Assembly (NCBI GenBank): GCA_964016885.1
Contig: OZ024745.1
Location: forward strand, 102,362,001-102,426,000
Source: Eledone cirrhosa
Lineage: Eukaryota
Direction of reading: 5' to 3'
DNA: 64,000 nt
Shown here in pieces: positions 1 through 12,459 of the stretch (position 1 is the first letter of the stretch; every line of letters starts with the position of its first letter). The notes beneath the pieces were generated by a model. It was not told the DNA's origin. It did no database searches and was given only the letters and a program-made list of their open reading frames with translations. The translations under genes were made by a program, and so were the position numbers.

Positions 1-1350
1 GCAAATTTACAGGTATTTGCAGAACTCAAATATCCAATGCTGTGACCACTGTATCCTCAGAGCAGAATGGTAAAAATGTACAATGTAAATACCCTTAAGT
101 GGGGTTGTTGGGGAAGATAGAGTAGACAAGTAGGGGAGAGGGAGAGAAAGATATGCAGGGGTTGGAGAAGTAGGAGAGAGTGGTTTGTAGATATCTTAAT
201 CAAAATGTTATGGTAGGGGTTTTATTATACTGGTTACTTTTGGAGAGATGCGTTGATAGTTAAGGTCGGAATTATTTATTGCCCCAGAGGGCAGGTTCAT
301 AAATGTGAGGAGGGAGGTAGGCCAAAGGCGAGAGAGAGAGAGAGAGTGTAATGGATGTAGAGAGAGAGGTAGAGAGGGGACAGACGAAGTTTATGTGGTG
401 AGTGAACTTTGGGTTTGTAGTAGTAATCTATGAATTGCATTGGGTTACCATTTATAGTGATAAGCAGTGTATTGTCTTGTAGTGTGGGGGAAGAGAAGGT
501 GGTTAGCTAGAAAGCGATGTTATAGTTACGGGTTCGGATGTTAAGTTATATCTAAAACTAAAAGCTAAATTCTCTCACTATAAAATAACTTAACATCCGA
601 ACCCGTAACTATAACATCGCTTTCTAGCTAACCACCTTCTCTTCCCCCACACTACAAGACAATACACTGCTTATCACTATAAATGGTAATCCAGTGCAAT
701 TCATAGATTACTACTACAAATCCAAAGTTCACTCACCACATAAACTTCGTCTGTCCCCTCCCTACATCCATTACACACTCTCTCTCTCTCTCGCCTTTGG
801 CCTACCTCCCTCCTCACATCTATGAAGTTTCCCTCTGGGGCAATAAATAATTCCGACCTTAACTATCAACGCATCTCTCCAAAAGTAACCAGTATAATAA
901 AACCCCTACCATAACATTTTGATTAAGATATCTACAAACTACTCTCTCCTACTTCTCCAACCCCTGCATATCTTTCTCTCCCCTACTTGTCTACTCTATC
1001 TTCCCCAACAACCCCACTTAAGGGTATTTACATTGTACATTTTTACCATTCTGCTCTGAGGATACAGTGGTCACAGCATTGGATATTTGAGTTCTGCAAA
1101 TACCTGTAAATTTGCACATAGCATAACTAGGCTGTAGTACCACCGTGGAAACATTTGTAAGCACACGGAATAAATTACCTTTTTTGATGTCTACCTGTTA
1201 TTATTCATTCTTTATATACACTCCGGAATACAGAAGGATCAGGAAGTTTCTTCAACAATTCTTCCATAACTCGTAGAGTAACCTCTCACCGTACGTCAAC
1301 CATATCCAGTGTAGTAATTAACCAGTACTACATCTTGGGTAATCCTATAC

Positions 1351-1355
<5 letters not shown>
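1..1355. mobile_element. Penelope-like element terminal (pLTR) remnant arranged as a long inverted repeat: arms 1-549 and 585-1115, 35-bp spacer; left arm runs off the window
   Basis: 1-35 GCAAATTTACAGG...ATATCC is the reverse complement of 1081-1115, and the match continues inward with small indels in GA tracts. The right arm carries an HHR and the unit ends at (TA)n near 1355. Inverted pLTRs with HHRs are typical of PLEs. Confidence 0.75.
1052..1163 (+). ncRNA. Type I hammerhead ribozyme motif with long (85 nt) stem II
   Basis: TGCT(1052-55)-CTGAGGA(1056-62)-TACAGTGGT...ACCACCGTG-GAAAC(1148-52)-ATTT-GTA-AGCA(1160-63). Stem I is TGCT/AGCA and the cleavage triplet is GUA. Confidence 0.7.
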
Positions 1356-1384
<29 letters not shown>

Positions 1385-1386
<2 letters not shown>

Positions 1387-1909
1387 TGTGTAACGTTTTT
1401 CAAAATATTTACTTTTTATTCACAGATCGATTTTTTTAGTTTCAGAAGATCCCGTTAAGGGTGAAAGCAGCAATTCTTTGCTTAAACTTTAATCTGTTAT
1501 TTTAATGTGTTGTTTCCTTGAGCAAGACACTGTATTTCACATTGCTCCAGTTTACTCAGCTGTAGAAATGAGATGATAGGGACTGGGGTCCATATCATTC
1601 CACTGCAAAGTGGTCGTGGAGGTGCCACGGCAAAAAAAAAGCACCCAGCACTCACTGTAAATGAGGTTGGTGTTACAAAGGGCATCCAGCTGTAGAAAGC
1701 AAGCCAGAATCAGTTCCCACCCCACCCTTGCAAACAGGGAAAAAGCAGACGACGAAGAAGATGATATATATAATTATATATGTGTACAGATATTTTTGCA
1801 TACACAATAACAAAATATAAACAAACGTATTTATTTCACGAGGCTCGATAAGGATAAATATATATCAACCCTAGAGCAAATCCCAAGCAACGCCAGGCCA
1901 TTCTGCTAG
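1385..1909 (+). mobile_element. Non-autonomous Helitron remnant interrupted by a SINE; same family as 43393-44586
   Basis: 1391-1506 matches the reverse complement of about 44095-44215. The 3' end is CCCAAGCAACGCCAGG...CTAG(1906-09)|T. The 5' boundary is approximate. Confidence 0.65.
1505..1765 (+). mobile_element. 5'-truncated SINE, family B (RTE-type tail)
   Basis: Same sequence as 11660-11993 and 39790-40125; ends CCCACCCTTGCAAACAGGGAAAA...GATGAT. Confidence 0.85.
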
Positions 1910-2074
1910 TTCCTTACTAAAACTACCACAAATCCATAAACTGACAGCGTCATTTGGGCATCAGATTAAATGATTTGGGATATTTGTTCTGCTCCTCTGA
2001 GTTCCAATCCCACCAAGATCAACTTTGCTATTAATCTTTTTAGGGTTGAACAATATAGTACTGTAGTTAAGCAG

Positions 2075-2803
2075 AGGGAAGGTGGAATGTTAGAGAATTG
2101 AAATAAAGTACGAAACTGGGGTGGAGGAAAGGTGGGATGTTAGAGAATTGAAATAAAGTACGAAACTGGGGTGGAGGAAAGGTGGGATGTTAGAGAATTG
2201 AAATAAAGTACGAAACTGGGGTGGAGGAAAGGTGGGATGTTAGAGAATTGAAATAAAGTACCAAACTGGGGTGGAGGAAAGGTGGAATGTTAGAGAATTG
2301 AAATAAAGTACCAAACTGGGGTGGAAGTAAGGTGGGATACTAGAGAATTGAAATAAAGTACGAAACTGGGGTGGAGGAAAGGTGGGATGTTAGAGAATTG
2401 AAATAAAGTACGAAACTGGGGTGGAGGTAAGGTGGAATGTTAGAGAATTGAAATAAAGTACCAAACTGGGGTGGACGAAAGGTGGGATACTAGAGAATTG
2501 AAATAAAGTACCAAACTGGGATGGAGGTAAGGTGGAATGTTAGAGAATTGAAATAAAGCACGAAACTGGGGTGGAGGAAAGGTGGGATGTTAGAGAATTG
2601 AAATAAAGTACGAAACTGGGGTGGAGGAAAGGTGGGATGTTAGAGAATTGAAATAAAGTACCAAACTGGGGTGGAGGAAAGGTGGAATGTTAGAGAATTG
2701 AAATAAAGTACCAAACTGGGGTGGAAGTAAGGTGGGATACTAGAGAATTGAAATAAAGTACGAAACTGGGGTGGAGGAAAGGTGGGATGTTAGAGAATTG
2801 AAA
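2075..2803. repeat. 50-bp minisatellite, about 14.5 copies
   Basis: Unit GGTGGGATGTTAGAGAATTGAAATAAAGTACGAAACTGGGGTGGAGGAAA recurs every 50 bp. Confidence 0.97.
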
Positions 2804-4062
2804 GAGACGCATTACAGTATATCTGATTCAGCTTTGTGGAGTCTGAGTTAAAAAATCTTACTTTTTGTTATCAGCAAAAAAATGTCCTTCTGGACTTGAC
2901 AAAAATAGTTTTAGGATTGAGAAAGTCCTGAAGCAAGTCCCCAAGTATTACAACTGATTACTCTCAATGCCAGCACACTAACTGACAATGGAGAATGTAG
3001 AGACATTTGACTTCCATGTAATCTTGCTCTCTTCTTTTCTTTTTAAAGGATTTGAATTCATAGACTTATCTTCTCTCTCTTATTCCTGGGAGAGTTGTGG
3101 GGGCAGAGTCCTCAAGCTGTTTTTTTATTTTTGTAAAAGGTGGAGACAGGCATTGCCAAATAGTTAACAAGTTTGCTTTGCAATCATGAGGCTCTAGATT
3201 TAATCCTGTTATGTGTTACCTTATGAAAGTGAATTTTTGTATAGCCTTAGTTCAACCTAAGCCTTATAAATGAAACTGGGTAAATGGAAACTGTTTTGAA
3301 GCCAGTTGGACGGATTCCATATGTTGTATATACATACACGATTAACATTACAAATAGAATTAAAACTTGTGGGAAAGACTCATTCTCTCTTATATACACA
3401 TATATACACCAGGTCCAAACACAAAAGGACCAAACTCCCACTTTCACTGCCTGTCTCTCCTGTTCTTCCCATCTCTCACTATTGTGAGCAAATGGGAGCC
3501 CACGCGCTGGCTGCCCCAGTCCTGGAGGACAGAACAGAGAATGCATTTCCCTAGAGGATGGTGAGGGTGACATGCCGGAACAGCCATTCCAGTTTGTACC
3601 GATAATTTAAAGTTATAGCCTTGTCACATACTATGTCATGCTGATCCTGCCTGAGGTTTATGCTAAAAGTACAAATATATGTATGTGGAACACTCATATT
3701 AATTCAATGTGTAGGTGGTTCAGTTTATCTCACAACTGAACATTCATCAAAACCAATGAACTTCCCTTGAAAAAGCAAACAATGACATTAATTAACTTTT
3801 AATTAACAAGCAATGTTTATTAATAAATTGAATCTATTGAACAATACGTGATAATGAAATATTATTGATTAATTAGTTTGGAATTGATACAAATTTATCC
3901 AGCAATTGATTAAATTACACTGATGATGAATAAATATAGTAATGTTGCTGTTGTTGCTGATGATGATGATCTCTATAATTACAATGATGATGATGATGAT
4001 TATGAGGAATGATTGTTAATGAATAAGCCACCGCCTTGATTAACCATTGATTAAGTATTTGT

Positions 4063-4298
4063 TTAACCCATCTGACACCAAATTGCCTGAAACAATCCCT
4101 GGTGCTATGATACAAAATTGTTTGTTTTAAAATGTTTATCTGAAAAAGCTTCCATGATAATTTTATGCAAGAACCTTTGTTGAGTTATGTTCCAAATACC
4201 AGTTTAATAATGAGAAAGTTAGTTATATTACTAAATCTCTACAAATTCTTCATTATTTTCAAAATTATTTCATTAGAAATATGGTAACAAAAGGAATA
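4063..4298 (+). mobile_element. Old piggyBac-like MITE (family M2); related copies near 5181-5370, 26830-27312 and 32700-32922
   Basis: Begins TTAACCC; shares the internal GTTATGTTCCAAATACC motif with the other copies; degenerate ends. Confidence 0.5.
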
Positions 4299-5569
4299 AT
4301 ATATTATTTTCAGACTGCAGTCCATTTCTGGCTAACTTTTCAATTAAGTGAAGAAGGAAAAAAAAATACTGTAAACAACTTCACTTACTTCAGAACAGAT
4401 TGAGGGAGTTGCAGGAGGAGGAGAAATTTACTTGCCCAAAAGAGAGTGAGAAGGAGGATATCTTTATCAGAAAGAGAGTGAGTTGGAGGAAAAGGAAGAG
4501 GATAAGCACCCATAAGAGAGTGTAAGAGTTGGAGGAGGAGCAAGCAGGAGAATGAGGAAGGGAAGGAGAGAAAAAGAAAAGGGGAGAAGAAAGAAAGATA
4601 GAAAGAAAAAAAGAAAGAAGAAAGTAGACGTTTATTTACACAAAAGAGAGTGAGGGAATTGAAGTTGTAGGAAGAGGAGAGGGAGAAGAGGAGGAATTAT
4701 TTATTGGAAAGGAGGACTGAGAGAAAAGGAAGAAGGGAGAAACAAGAATATTATTTTGGAAATGCTGGTTTGTTATTACATGATTGATTAAATCACGTCT
4801 GGGATTCAATTGCAGTAGATATAATTGAGTTATTGATTAGGTCTTAGCCACAGTGATACTGATAGTAAAGAAAACATGGGGTGGGTGGTTTTTGTTGGGG
4901 GTCAACCGATCATTGATTAACTGACCATAGATATTGCTACTTCATTAAATTTACTAATTAATTTCATTGGTGATTAATGTTGGTTTGTTGCAAGGTTGTT
5001 TATAACCAGATATATATTTTATTGATTCCTAATAAGACACACGATTGACTGAATAAACCCCAGTACATGTCTGGTATGTATTTTATTCACCCAAGATTCC
5101 TTTCTACAGTAGGAAGAATATATAAGTCAACTTTAGAGAGATTTGAACTCAGAAGATAAAAGGTTTCAACAACAGACATCTTAACCCTTTCAATATGAAA
5201 CTGTCTAAGACCACTCCCGGTTCTACAATACACAACTGCATGTTTTAAAGTGTTTAGCTTAAAACCTTCCTTCATAATTCTATCTAAAAACCTTTGTTAA
5301 GTTATGTTCCAAATACCAGAAAAATAAAGAGAGTTATATAACAAAATCCTTCCAAATTCTGGATTATTTGAGAAGTATGACCAGTGCCCCCCCCCCCCCC
5401 CCCGCCATATATGAACGTTCCGAGTTCAAATCTTGCTGAGGTTAGCTTTGCCTTTCATCCTTATGTGGCCGATAAATGTACCAGTAATACACTGGGGTTG
5501 ATTTCATCGACTTACTCCTCTACCAAATTGTTGGCCTTGTGCCTAAATCAGAAACCATTAATGATATGG

Positions 5570-6500
5570 TAATAAGAGGATTAAGACCATTTGTCCCTTC
5601 TAAATCATGGTTCTCTTTCTAAGGCAATATTTTACAGCTTAATTCACTTTCTGATGCCAAACATTTTAGGAATCTCCTGTGCATGGATACAGTGTGTCCA
5701 TTCTAAAACCTGGATACACATGGTAATATTGAAAGTAAATGATTGCTGGAGAATATTGATTTCTAACATTTTGTAGAAGGCTGCTGATTTTGTGATAGGG
5801 ATTATATTGACTCCCATACTTGATTGATACTTATTTTATTGACATAGAAATGTTGCAAGTTATCGTAAACTTCAGTGAGATTTGAATTTAAAAAAATAAA
5901 GGAACATAAATGGTAATAAATCTTGGGTAATGACCGAAAGTATATGATCACAAATACAAGCAGCTGAAATGGAGTTCCTCTGAAGAGTCTTTGGAGTAAT
6001 GTTATTTGATAGGTGGTGTAGCTCAGTGACCAGAGAATCCCTTTTGGTAGAGCCATGACTTCTTCAAATTGAGAGATCACAGCTTTGATACTATGGATAT
6101 GTGGTTAGAATGTCTAAGGAAAGAATTGCTCGAGATTCAGAGGCAGACCACAAGCAATATGGTTGGATAACATCCATAAGCTCAGTTGGTCCTGCTTGGA
6201 GATATAACCAGATCAACTGGGTGGTTGCTTGTGATAGGGTCTGTAAGGAGTGTTTGAGAACTTTACCTCCATGAAAGAAAAAAAAGAAAGAAAAAAGAAA
6301 AGAAAGAAAAAAGAAAAGAAAGAAAAAAGAAAAGAAAGAAAAAAGAAAAGAAAGAAAAAAGAAAAGAAAGAAAAAAGAACTAAATACTACAAGGCACACT
6401 GGTCTGATGCTCTACCAATTCTGTCATTGCAAGACAATTAGACAATGTACCACTGTTCAGCCACTTTACTAAGGTAGAATATATGATTAACATAGGGTGA
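5570..6500 (-). pseudogene. Degenerate LINE reverse-transcriptase remnant, probably CR1/L2 group, interrupted by an A/G-rich repeat at 6272-6378
   Basis: Minus-strand fragments resemble the RT G.PQG..L and Y.DD regions (CCAAAAGGGGATTCTC, TTTACGATAAC); heavily decayed. Confidence 0.4.
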
Positions 6501-6761
6501 AGGCTATCTAACATACTTAAATGTTAACCTCCACTCTAGAAGCTGAAAAATATTTAATTAATTAAAAAATGAAGAGGAAAAAATCATGAACTTGAATCAT
6601 TAATTCTAATCAAGAAATATGAGGGAGGCAACACTAAAATCCAAATTAATTGAAAATTCAATGGAAACATGAAGCTGCAAGTGGATTTGATCTTTGGTAA
6701 GTCCAATGAGAATTCTGGAGATGTGTTTATTATACACTGATATAATCATATTGTAAATGTC

Positions 6762-7090
6762 CATGGCTTAGTAGTTAGGGTATTCAGTTCACAACCGTAA
6801 GGTTCTGATTTCAATTTCCAACAACACATTATCTCTTTGAGCAAGCCACTTTGTATCATGTTGCTCCAGTCTACTCAGATGGCAAAAATGAATTGTACTT
6901 GTGATTTGAAAGGTCAGCCTTGTCACACTGTGTCACAATTAATCTCTCTGAGAACTACATTAAGGGTACATGTGTTTGTGGAATGCTCAGCTGCTTGCAC
7001 GTTAATTTCATGAGCAGACTGTCTTGTTATTCAAATCAACTGGAGCATTTATTGTTGTATCAACAGGAATACTTGTCATTGCAACCAACA
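6762..7090 (+). mobile_element. Old tRNA-derived SINE, family C; related copies at 25195-25510 (-) and 53763-54060 (+)
   Basis: A/B-box-like head and a shared body GAGAACTACATTAAGGGTACA.GTGTTTGTGGAATGCTC. Confidence 0.7.
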
Positions 7091-7249
7091 GATAATCAGT
7101 TTTTAAAACAAACTTGTGTTCTCATTTTGTTTCTTCTGTGCTATTTAGTAACATGCTTGGAATTTTGAGTTGAACTGCTTATTCAAAGTATAGAGGCAGT
7201 TTGTACTCTTTTCATCGTCTATATTAAGGATATTCCCATTTTCATTTTT

Positions 7250-7900
7250 GTCCTACTTGTTATGCCATACGGTCATAGCATTTGAACCAGAATGTATGGT
7301 TCATGGTCAACATAGAATTAAACCCCTCAAAGCTGCAACAAATACAAAACCCCAAATCACTGATCATCTCTGACAATCTCACATTCCTAATAGTACCAAA
7401 ATCTTCATACTAAAACAGTTATCCTCAATGAGGCTTGGAAATACTTCAGGCTCTCAACAATTGCTGACTTTCTACATGGCCCAAGTGAGACCAACAATGA
7501 AATACTGGTCAGATGTATAGAATGGTTGCAATTACATATACCAGCATCTGGGAACACATCCATAAGACCATAAGAAAGTCACTGATTGGCATAGACTTAC
7601 TTACCAATATCATTCAACTTCTGCCTTTTATACCACTTCTACAATGGCTGGCCTCTGCTACTCAGTTATAACTGGTTGTATGCCACTTTCATCCAGCCTA
7701 TGTGACACACATACATTTCTTCGTCTCCTGCTCTCATCAAGGATATTGTGTATGTTCTGTAAAACCTTAATTTTAACTACTATATCCAATCCTTCCTTCC
7801 TAGAGCCTTAATCTTCTGAAATTCTCTCCCAGTTAAAACTTTTCCTGCTCTGCTATCATTAACTTAGAGTTGTTGAAAATGAGCAACAACAGCTTTCATC
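7250..7900 (+). pseudogene. Degenerate CR1/L2-group LINE 3' ORF remnant
   Basis: Decayed motifs resembling Y.AQVRP.MEY and SF.PR....WNSLP; similar to 60100-60810. Confidence 0.5.
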
Positions 7901-9640
7901 TAACCAGTCTTGGAGGGCTTGTGAAGGTCATGGACTCAATTCCCTCCCCCCCTTACTAAACTATAAAAAATATATTTATCAAAGTTCTTCAAAGTTGATC
8001 ATATCAACTGATCTCGTTTGTAACATCCTATCTCTTCAACTGTGAAACACTATCTAGATCTCAATTCAAATGTTTCTCAATCTATTGAACAACTGTTTTG
8101 ATCTTCTTTGTGTTTCATTGACAAGAAATAATTTACACTTACATTTTCTAAAGCCTGACCTCTCTCTCTCTCACCCTCTCTCTCACTATCTATCACTCAT
8201 TCTTTCTCTTTTCCTTCACCCTTATATTTCCTTTATTTCATCTCATTATCCTGCGACACTTCTGTTTATTACTAGTGATTAATGATTTTATTGCCTTGTT
8301 ATTTAGAAGGATGATTCCTTCTATATGTTACAAACAGTCATCATCCCAATATATCTGCTAAACTTTCTAACAGGCTGCTTTTGAAGAATCTAGTCTCTCC
8401 TTGTTTACAGGGTAAAACCTAAGGTAATCCATGAACTCTAGAAGGCTGATTTCATCATAACCTTTGGTAACATGATAACATGGTTTACATGATGATGATG
8501 ATGTATATTTCACAGTGATGATACCAAGTCATATGTTAAGTTCAAGACAGCTGATAAAAACTAATTTATAAACTGAATCGATTATATTACTGTGACGTAA
8601 GTATGGAGTTTGCACTTAATATACAGAGGTCACTTTCAAAAGAAGCAGGCTAACCAAATTGGGAAACTCTGGCTTTAAAGGAATTGGAAACAGATAAAAT
8701 GTATAGATATATGGGGATCAATGACAATGAACAGATTTAGCACATAAGAATGAAAGATCTAGTATGAAAGGAACATATTTGTTGGATAGGATAATCCTAA
8801 AAAAAAAAAAAAAATCAACTAAAAACACAAAATGAAAACATCTCAGCAGCCTTGGCAATAAGTTTCAGCTTCAATATGGTAAACTGGAATGTGTAATAGA
8901 TATAAAAAATAGACACTAAAATAAGGAAACTATTGATATAATGTAGACTACATCATCTAAAAGCTGACCCCACCCCATCCCGTGTATTTCCCTAAACAGA
9001 ATCAGTGAAGCTAAACTAGACAGTTAACTCCCAAATTGGCAAGATGCTCTAATAGAAGCTGTTAAACATAGCAAAAATCAAAGGTTGTTCTTAATATACA
9101 AAGTAGCAGGGAAATAGGTACACTGCCTAGAAATTCCTCAAAAACCACAAATATACTCAGCACTAAATATGCACAAACCAGATTACAGCATACCTGGGTT
9201 CAAGAATCACTCCTGAAAGGGGAGACTGAAGGCTTCATAATTACAGTTTTTGATCAGGGTCTTACAGCTAAACATTACCTAGGCTATATTCTGAAACAGA
9301 ATATCGAAATGCTATGAGATAATCATTCCCCACACTAACTGGATCCCAAACATTAGGTATATCAGAATATTTCATAGACATGATAGGGTTACTACCTACC
9401 TTCGTTGGAAGATATATAGGGAAAATAATAGAAAGATAGTTTAAAGATTGTGGTAACATTTTAAAAGATTTTCTGGAATATACAAATATAGACAAAGAGA
9501 TAAAAGGAATCTTTGGAATATACCAATATAAACTAGGAGATAAAAGGAATCTCTGGAATATACAAATATAGACTAGGAGATAAAAACAAACTGCCCAGAC
9601 AGACATCAACAAAGATAAAAAAAATCTTACTCTGGCTTTC

Positions 9641-9868
9641 TTAACCCTTTAGCATTCACATTACTCTATATATACTATTGTATTTTCATGGTAAATGCTT
9701 TATCTCACATAATTATCTCACATAATATCGAATCTATGAGATTTTGAAAGTATTTATTTTGAGAACAATACCTTAACATCAGTTTGAGTGACCAGTTACA
9801 GCCAGTTTCAACAGAAAAAGGTAGAGAATTCTGGCCGGTTTTGGCCAGTTTGAACATTAAAGGGTTAA
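9641..9868 (+). mobile_element. piggyBac-type MITE (family M1, about 220 bp, TTAA TSD)
   Basis: TTAA|CCCTTTAGCATT...AACATTAAAGGG|TTAA; many copies in the window. Confidence 0.85.
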
Positions 9869-9876
9869 ATGAGAAT

Positions 9877-10060
9877 AATTGTTTCTACTATTGGCACAAG
9901 GACAGCAATTACCCCAGTACATTACTGGTACTTTATTTTATCAACCCCGTAAGGATGAAAGGCAAAGTGAACCTTGGCGGGATTTGAACTCACACCATAA
10001 AGGGGCGTAACTCTATGCTGTAAAGCATAGTGTCCAACCTTCTGCTGATACTGCCAATCC
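9877..10060 (-). mobile_element. tRNA-derived SINE, family A
   Basis: Reverse complement of the family A consensus (TGGCAGTATC A-box, GAGTTCAAATCC B-box, GCCTTTCATCC core). Confidence 0.9.
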
Positions 10061-10364
10061 GAGAAAAATATGCTGGAAACGAGGTTGAAAATCTCTCCAA
10101 ATATAGGATTGGAGAATAGTTCTAGTTAGTAGAGCTCGGAAGCAGGGTTCAGAAATCAAAGACTTGCCTGCAAAAAGAAATGTGATGTCCAGAAGATTAT
10201 ACTCTTAAGTGCCTATATCTTTTATAAAATAATATTTCTAAAGTAAATAAAAGGCTTTTAGCACTAGATGTCATCAACTTTAGAGTTACAGAAAACATTC
10301 AGAAGACTAGAGTATGTGTACCATCAAGAGGATAACAACAACAACAATACTACTACTACTTATC

Positions 10365-10783
10365 AGATTGGCAGAGCATCGGACAACATGCTTCGCAACA
10401 TAGTTACAAGCCTTTACGTTCCGAGTTCAAATCCCACCAAAGTTCACTTTGCCTTCCATCCTTGTGGGGGGGTCGATAAAATAAAGCACCAGTAATATAC
10501 TGGGGTTGATTTAATTGACTTTCCCCCCTTCCCTTCTAATTTCTGGCCTTGTGCCTAAAATAGAAACAATTATCATTATTATTGTTAGGGCGGTGGATTG
10601 GCAGTATCGGTAGAGGGTCGGACGCCATGCTTTGACACATAGAGTTACAGCCCTTGCCATTCTGAGTTCGAATCCCGCCGAGGTTAACTTTGCCTTTCAT
10701 CCTTAAGGGGTCGATAAAATAAAGTACCAGTAATGCACTGGGTTATTGCTGGCCTTGTGCCAAAAAGTAGAAACAATTATTAT
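10365..10783 (+). mobile_element. Two tandem family A SINEs
   Basis: Heads at about 10365 and 10588; each ends in GTAGAAACAATT(ATT)n or a close variant. Confidence 0.9.
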
Positions 10784-11659
10784 TGTTAGAGCCCTAAGCT
10801 TAATGTTATCATAGATGGTGAAAAAATAAGAAAAGAAAAATGTCCGATATTGTCAAATCCCAGAGCAACCTTAACAAACAGTATAGATAGTAATGCTATT
10901 AGAATCTCAGTGAGTTCAACTGATACTTATTTTATATTTCCCTTGCCTTGCATATATAAAAAAAACATTATGTGTACAATAAGAGATCACAATATGCAAT
11001 CACATCAAAGAAGACTGGGGCACATAAGGAAAGCAAAATACATTAACTTAAAACAAAACTCGCAGTATACAACACATTAACCATGACCAACAATGCCCAC
11101 AGCAATAAAAACAAATTCTATCAACCAAGAATTAATTAGGAATGCTGAAGTGTGAATTCAAGGCTTTCACACTCAAAAGAATGTGTGAAACAAGCATCAT
11201 GAATCCGACAAAAAAAAAAATGATCAGAATAAAATCAATCCACATGGATCAATGCAAATACCTCAGTGGGGTATGAATAAATAAACAAATCAGAGAAATC
11301 ATTCCCAAATACAACCAGGCTCTCTCGCCAAGAAATTTTTTCTACATCTATATGTTAAATAACCTTATTTACTTAGAAGCAATGGGTAAACAGGGTTCAA
11401 GTGTAATAGAATAAATCACATTTATTTTAAGCCTAATAAACAACGATGAGAGAAAATATACAAAACATATAGGTACAGAGATGACAGTTTGGTTTAACAG
11501 TTCACTTTAAAATTACATGGTTTCATGTTCAGTCACACTGCATGGCACTTTTGGCAAGTGTATACTACTATAGCCACAGGCTGAACAATGTCTTATGAAT
11601 TTATTGCAAGACAGAAACTATAGAAAGCCTCCCCACCAAATGTGTGTGGTGTGTGTATG

Positions 11660-11993
11660 TCATCATCATTTCATTTTACGTCCGCTTTTCCCTGCTTGCA
11701 AGGGTGGGACGGGAACTGATTCTGGCTTGATTTCAGCTGGATGCCCTTCCTAACACCAACCTCATTTACAGTGAGCGCTGGGTGCTTTTTTGCCATTGCA
11801 CCTCAATGACCACTTTGCAGTGGAATGATAGGGAACCCAGTCCCTATCATCTCATTTCTACAGCTGAGTAAACTGGAGCAATGTGAAATAAAATGTCTTG
11901 CTCAAGGAAACAACACATCACCTGGTCTGAGAATTGAACTCACAACCTTTCGATTGCAAGCCCAATGCTCTAACCACTAAGCCATGTGCCTCC
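11660..11993 (-). mobile_element. Full-length SINE, family B (tRNA head, RTE-derived 3' part)
   Basis: Minus strand reads GGAGGCACATGGCTTAGTGGTTAGAGC...GAGTTCAATTC...(GAT)n; near-identical to 39790-40125. Confidence 0.9.
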
Positions 11994-12459
11994 GTGTGCG
12001 TGTGCGTGTGCGTGTGCGTGTGCGTGTGCGTGTGTGTGTGTGTGCGTGCGTGACCATGGAAAAATGAACATTAAACGGTAATGATGATGATGATATAGAA
12101 AAACAGGTTGTCCCAAAAAAATGTATACACACTTCAGCAGCATTCTAATAAAAGTGTGTATACAAATTTTGGGACACCACACCTCGTGTATGTGGGTGTC
12201 TGTGTGCGTGTGCATGCGTGCGAGCGTGCGTGTGCATGCGTGCGAGCGTGCATGATGCACACGAGACGTTAATAAAACAATTTATGGGTGTCTTTAAACC
12301 AAAGGGGATAGTTAGAGGAAAATTTAATTTTTAGGCTCTTAACAAAATACCATCAGTTTTTTATGGTACTGAGGGAAATGCATCATAAACTGTCACCCAC
12401 ACCACACCGCTGGTTGAGACCTGGTCGGGTGAATGTACAGATATCCAAGTAAATAATTA

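Larger units (their letters stand above)
8330..10260 (+). pseudogene. Degenerate R4/Dong-clade LINE interrupted by a MITE and a SINE
   Basis: 9213-9257 encodes LKGETEGFIITVFDQ, matching the R4/Dong ETEGF..A.QDQ motif; DD.K.Y and MEF motifs near 8515-8615. Confidence 0.55.

Noticed and set aside
2075-2803. CRISPR-like array
   Set aside because: No unique spacers, eukaryotic context and no cas genes; it is a plain tandem repeat.
9284-9320. Hairpin ATATTCTG/CAGAATAT followed by CGAAA
   Set aside because: Lacks CUGANGA and a valid stem III/NUH.
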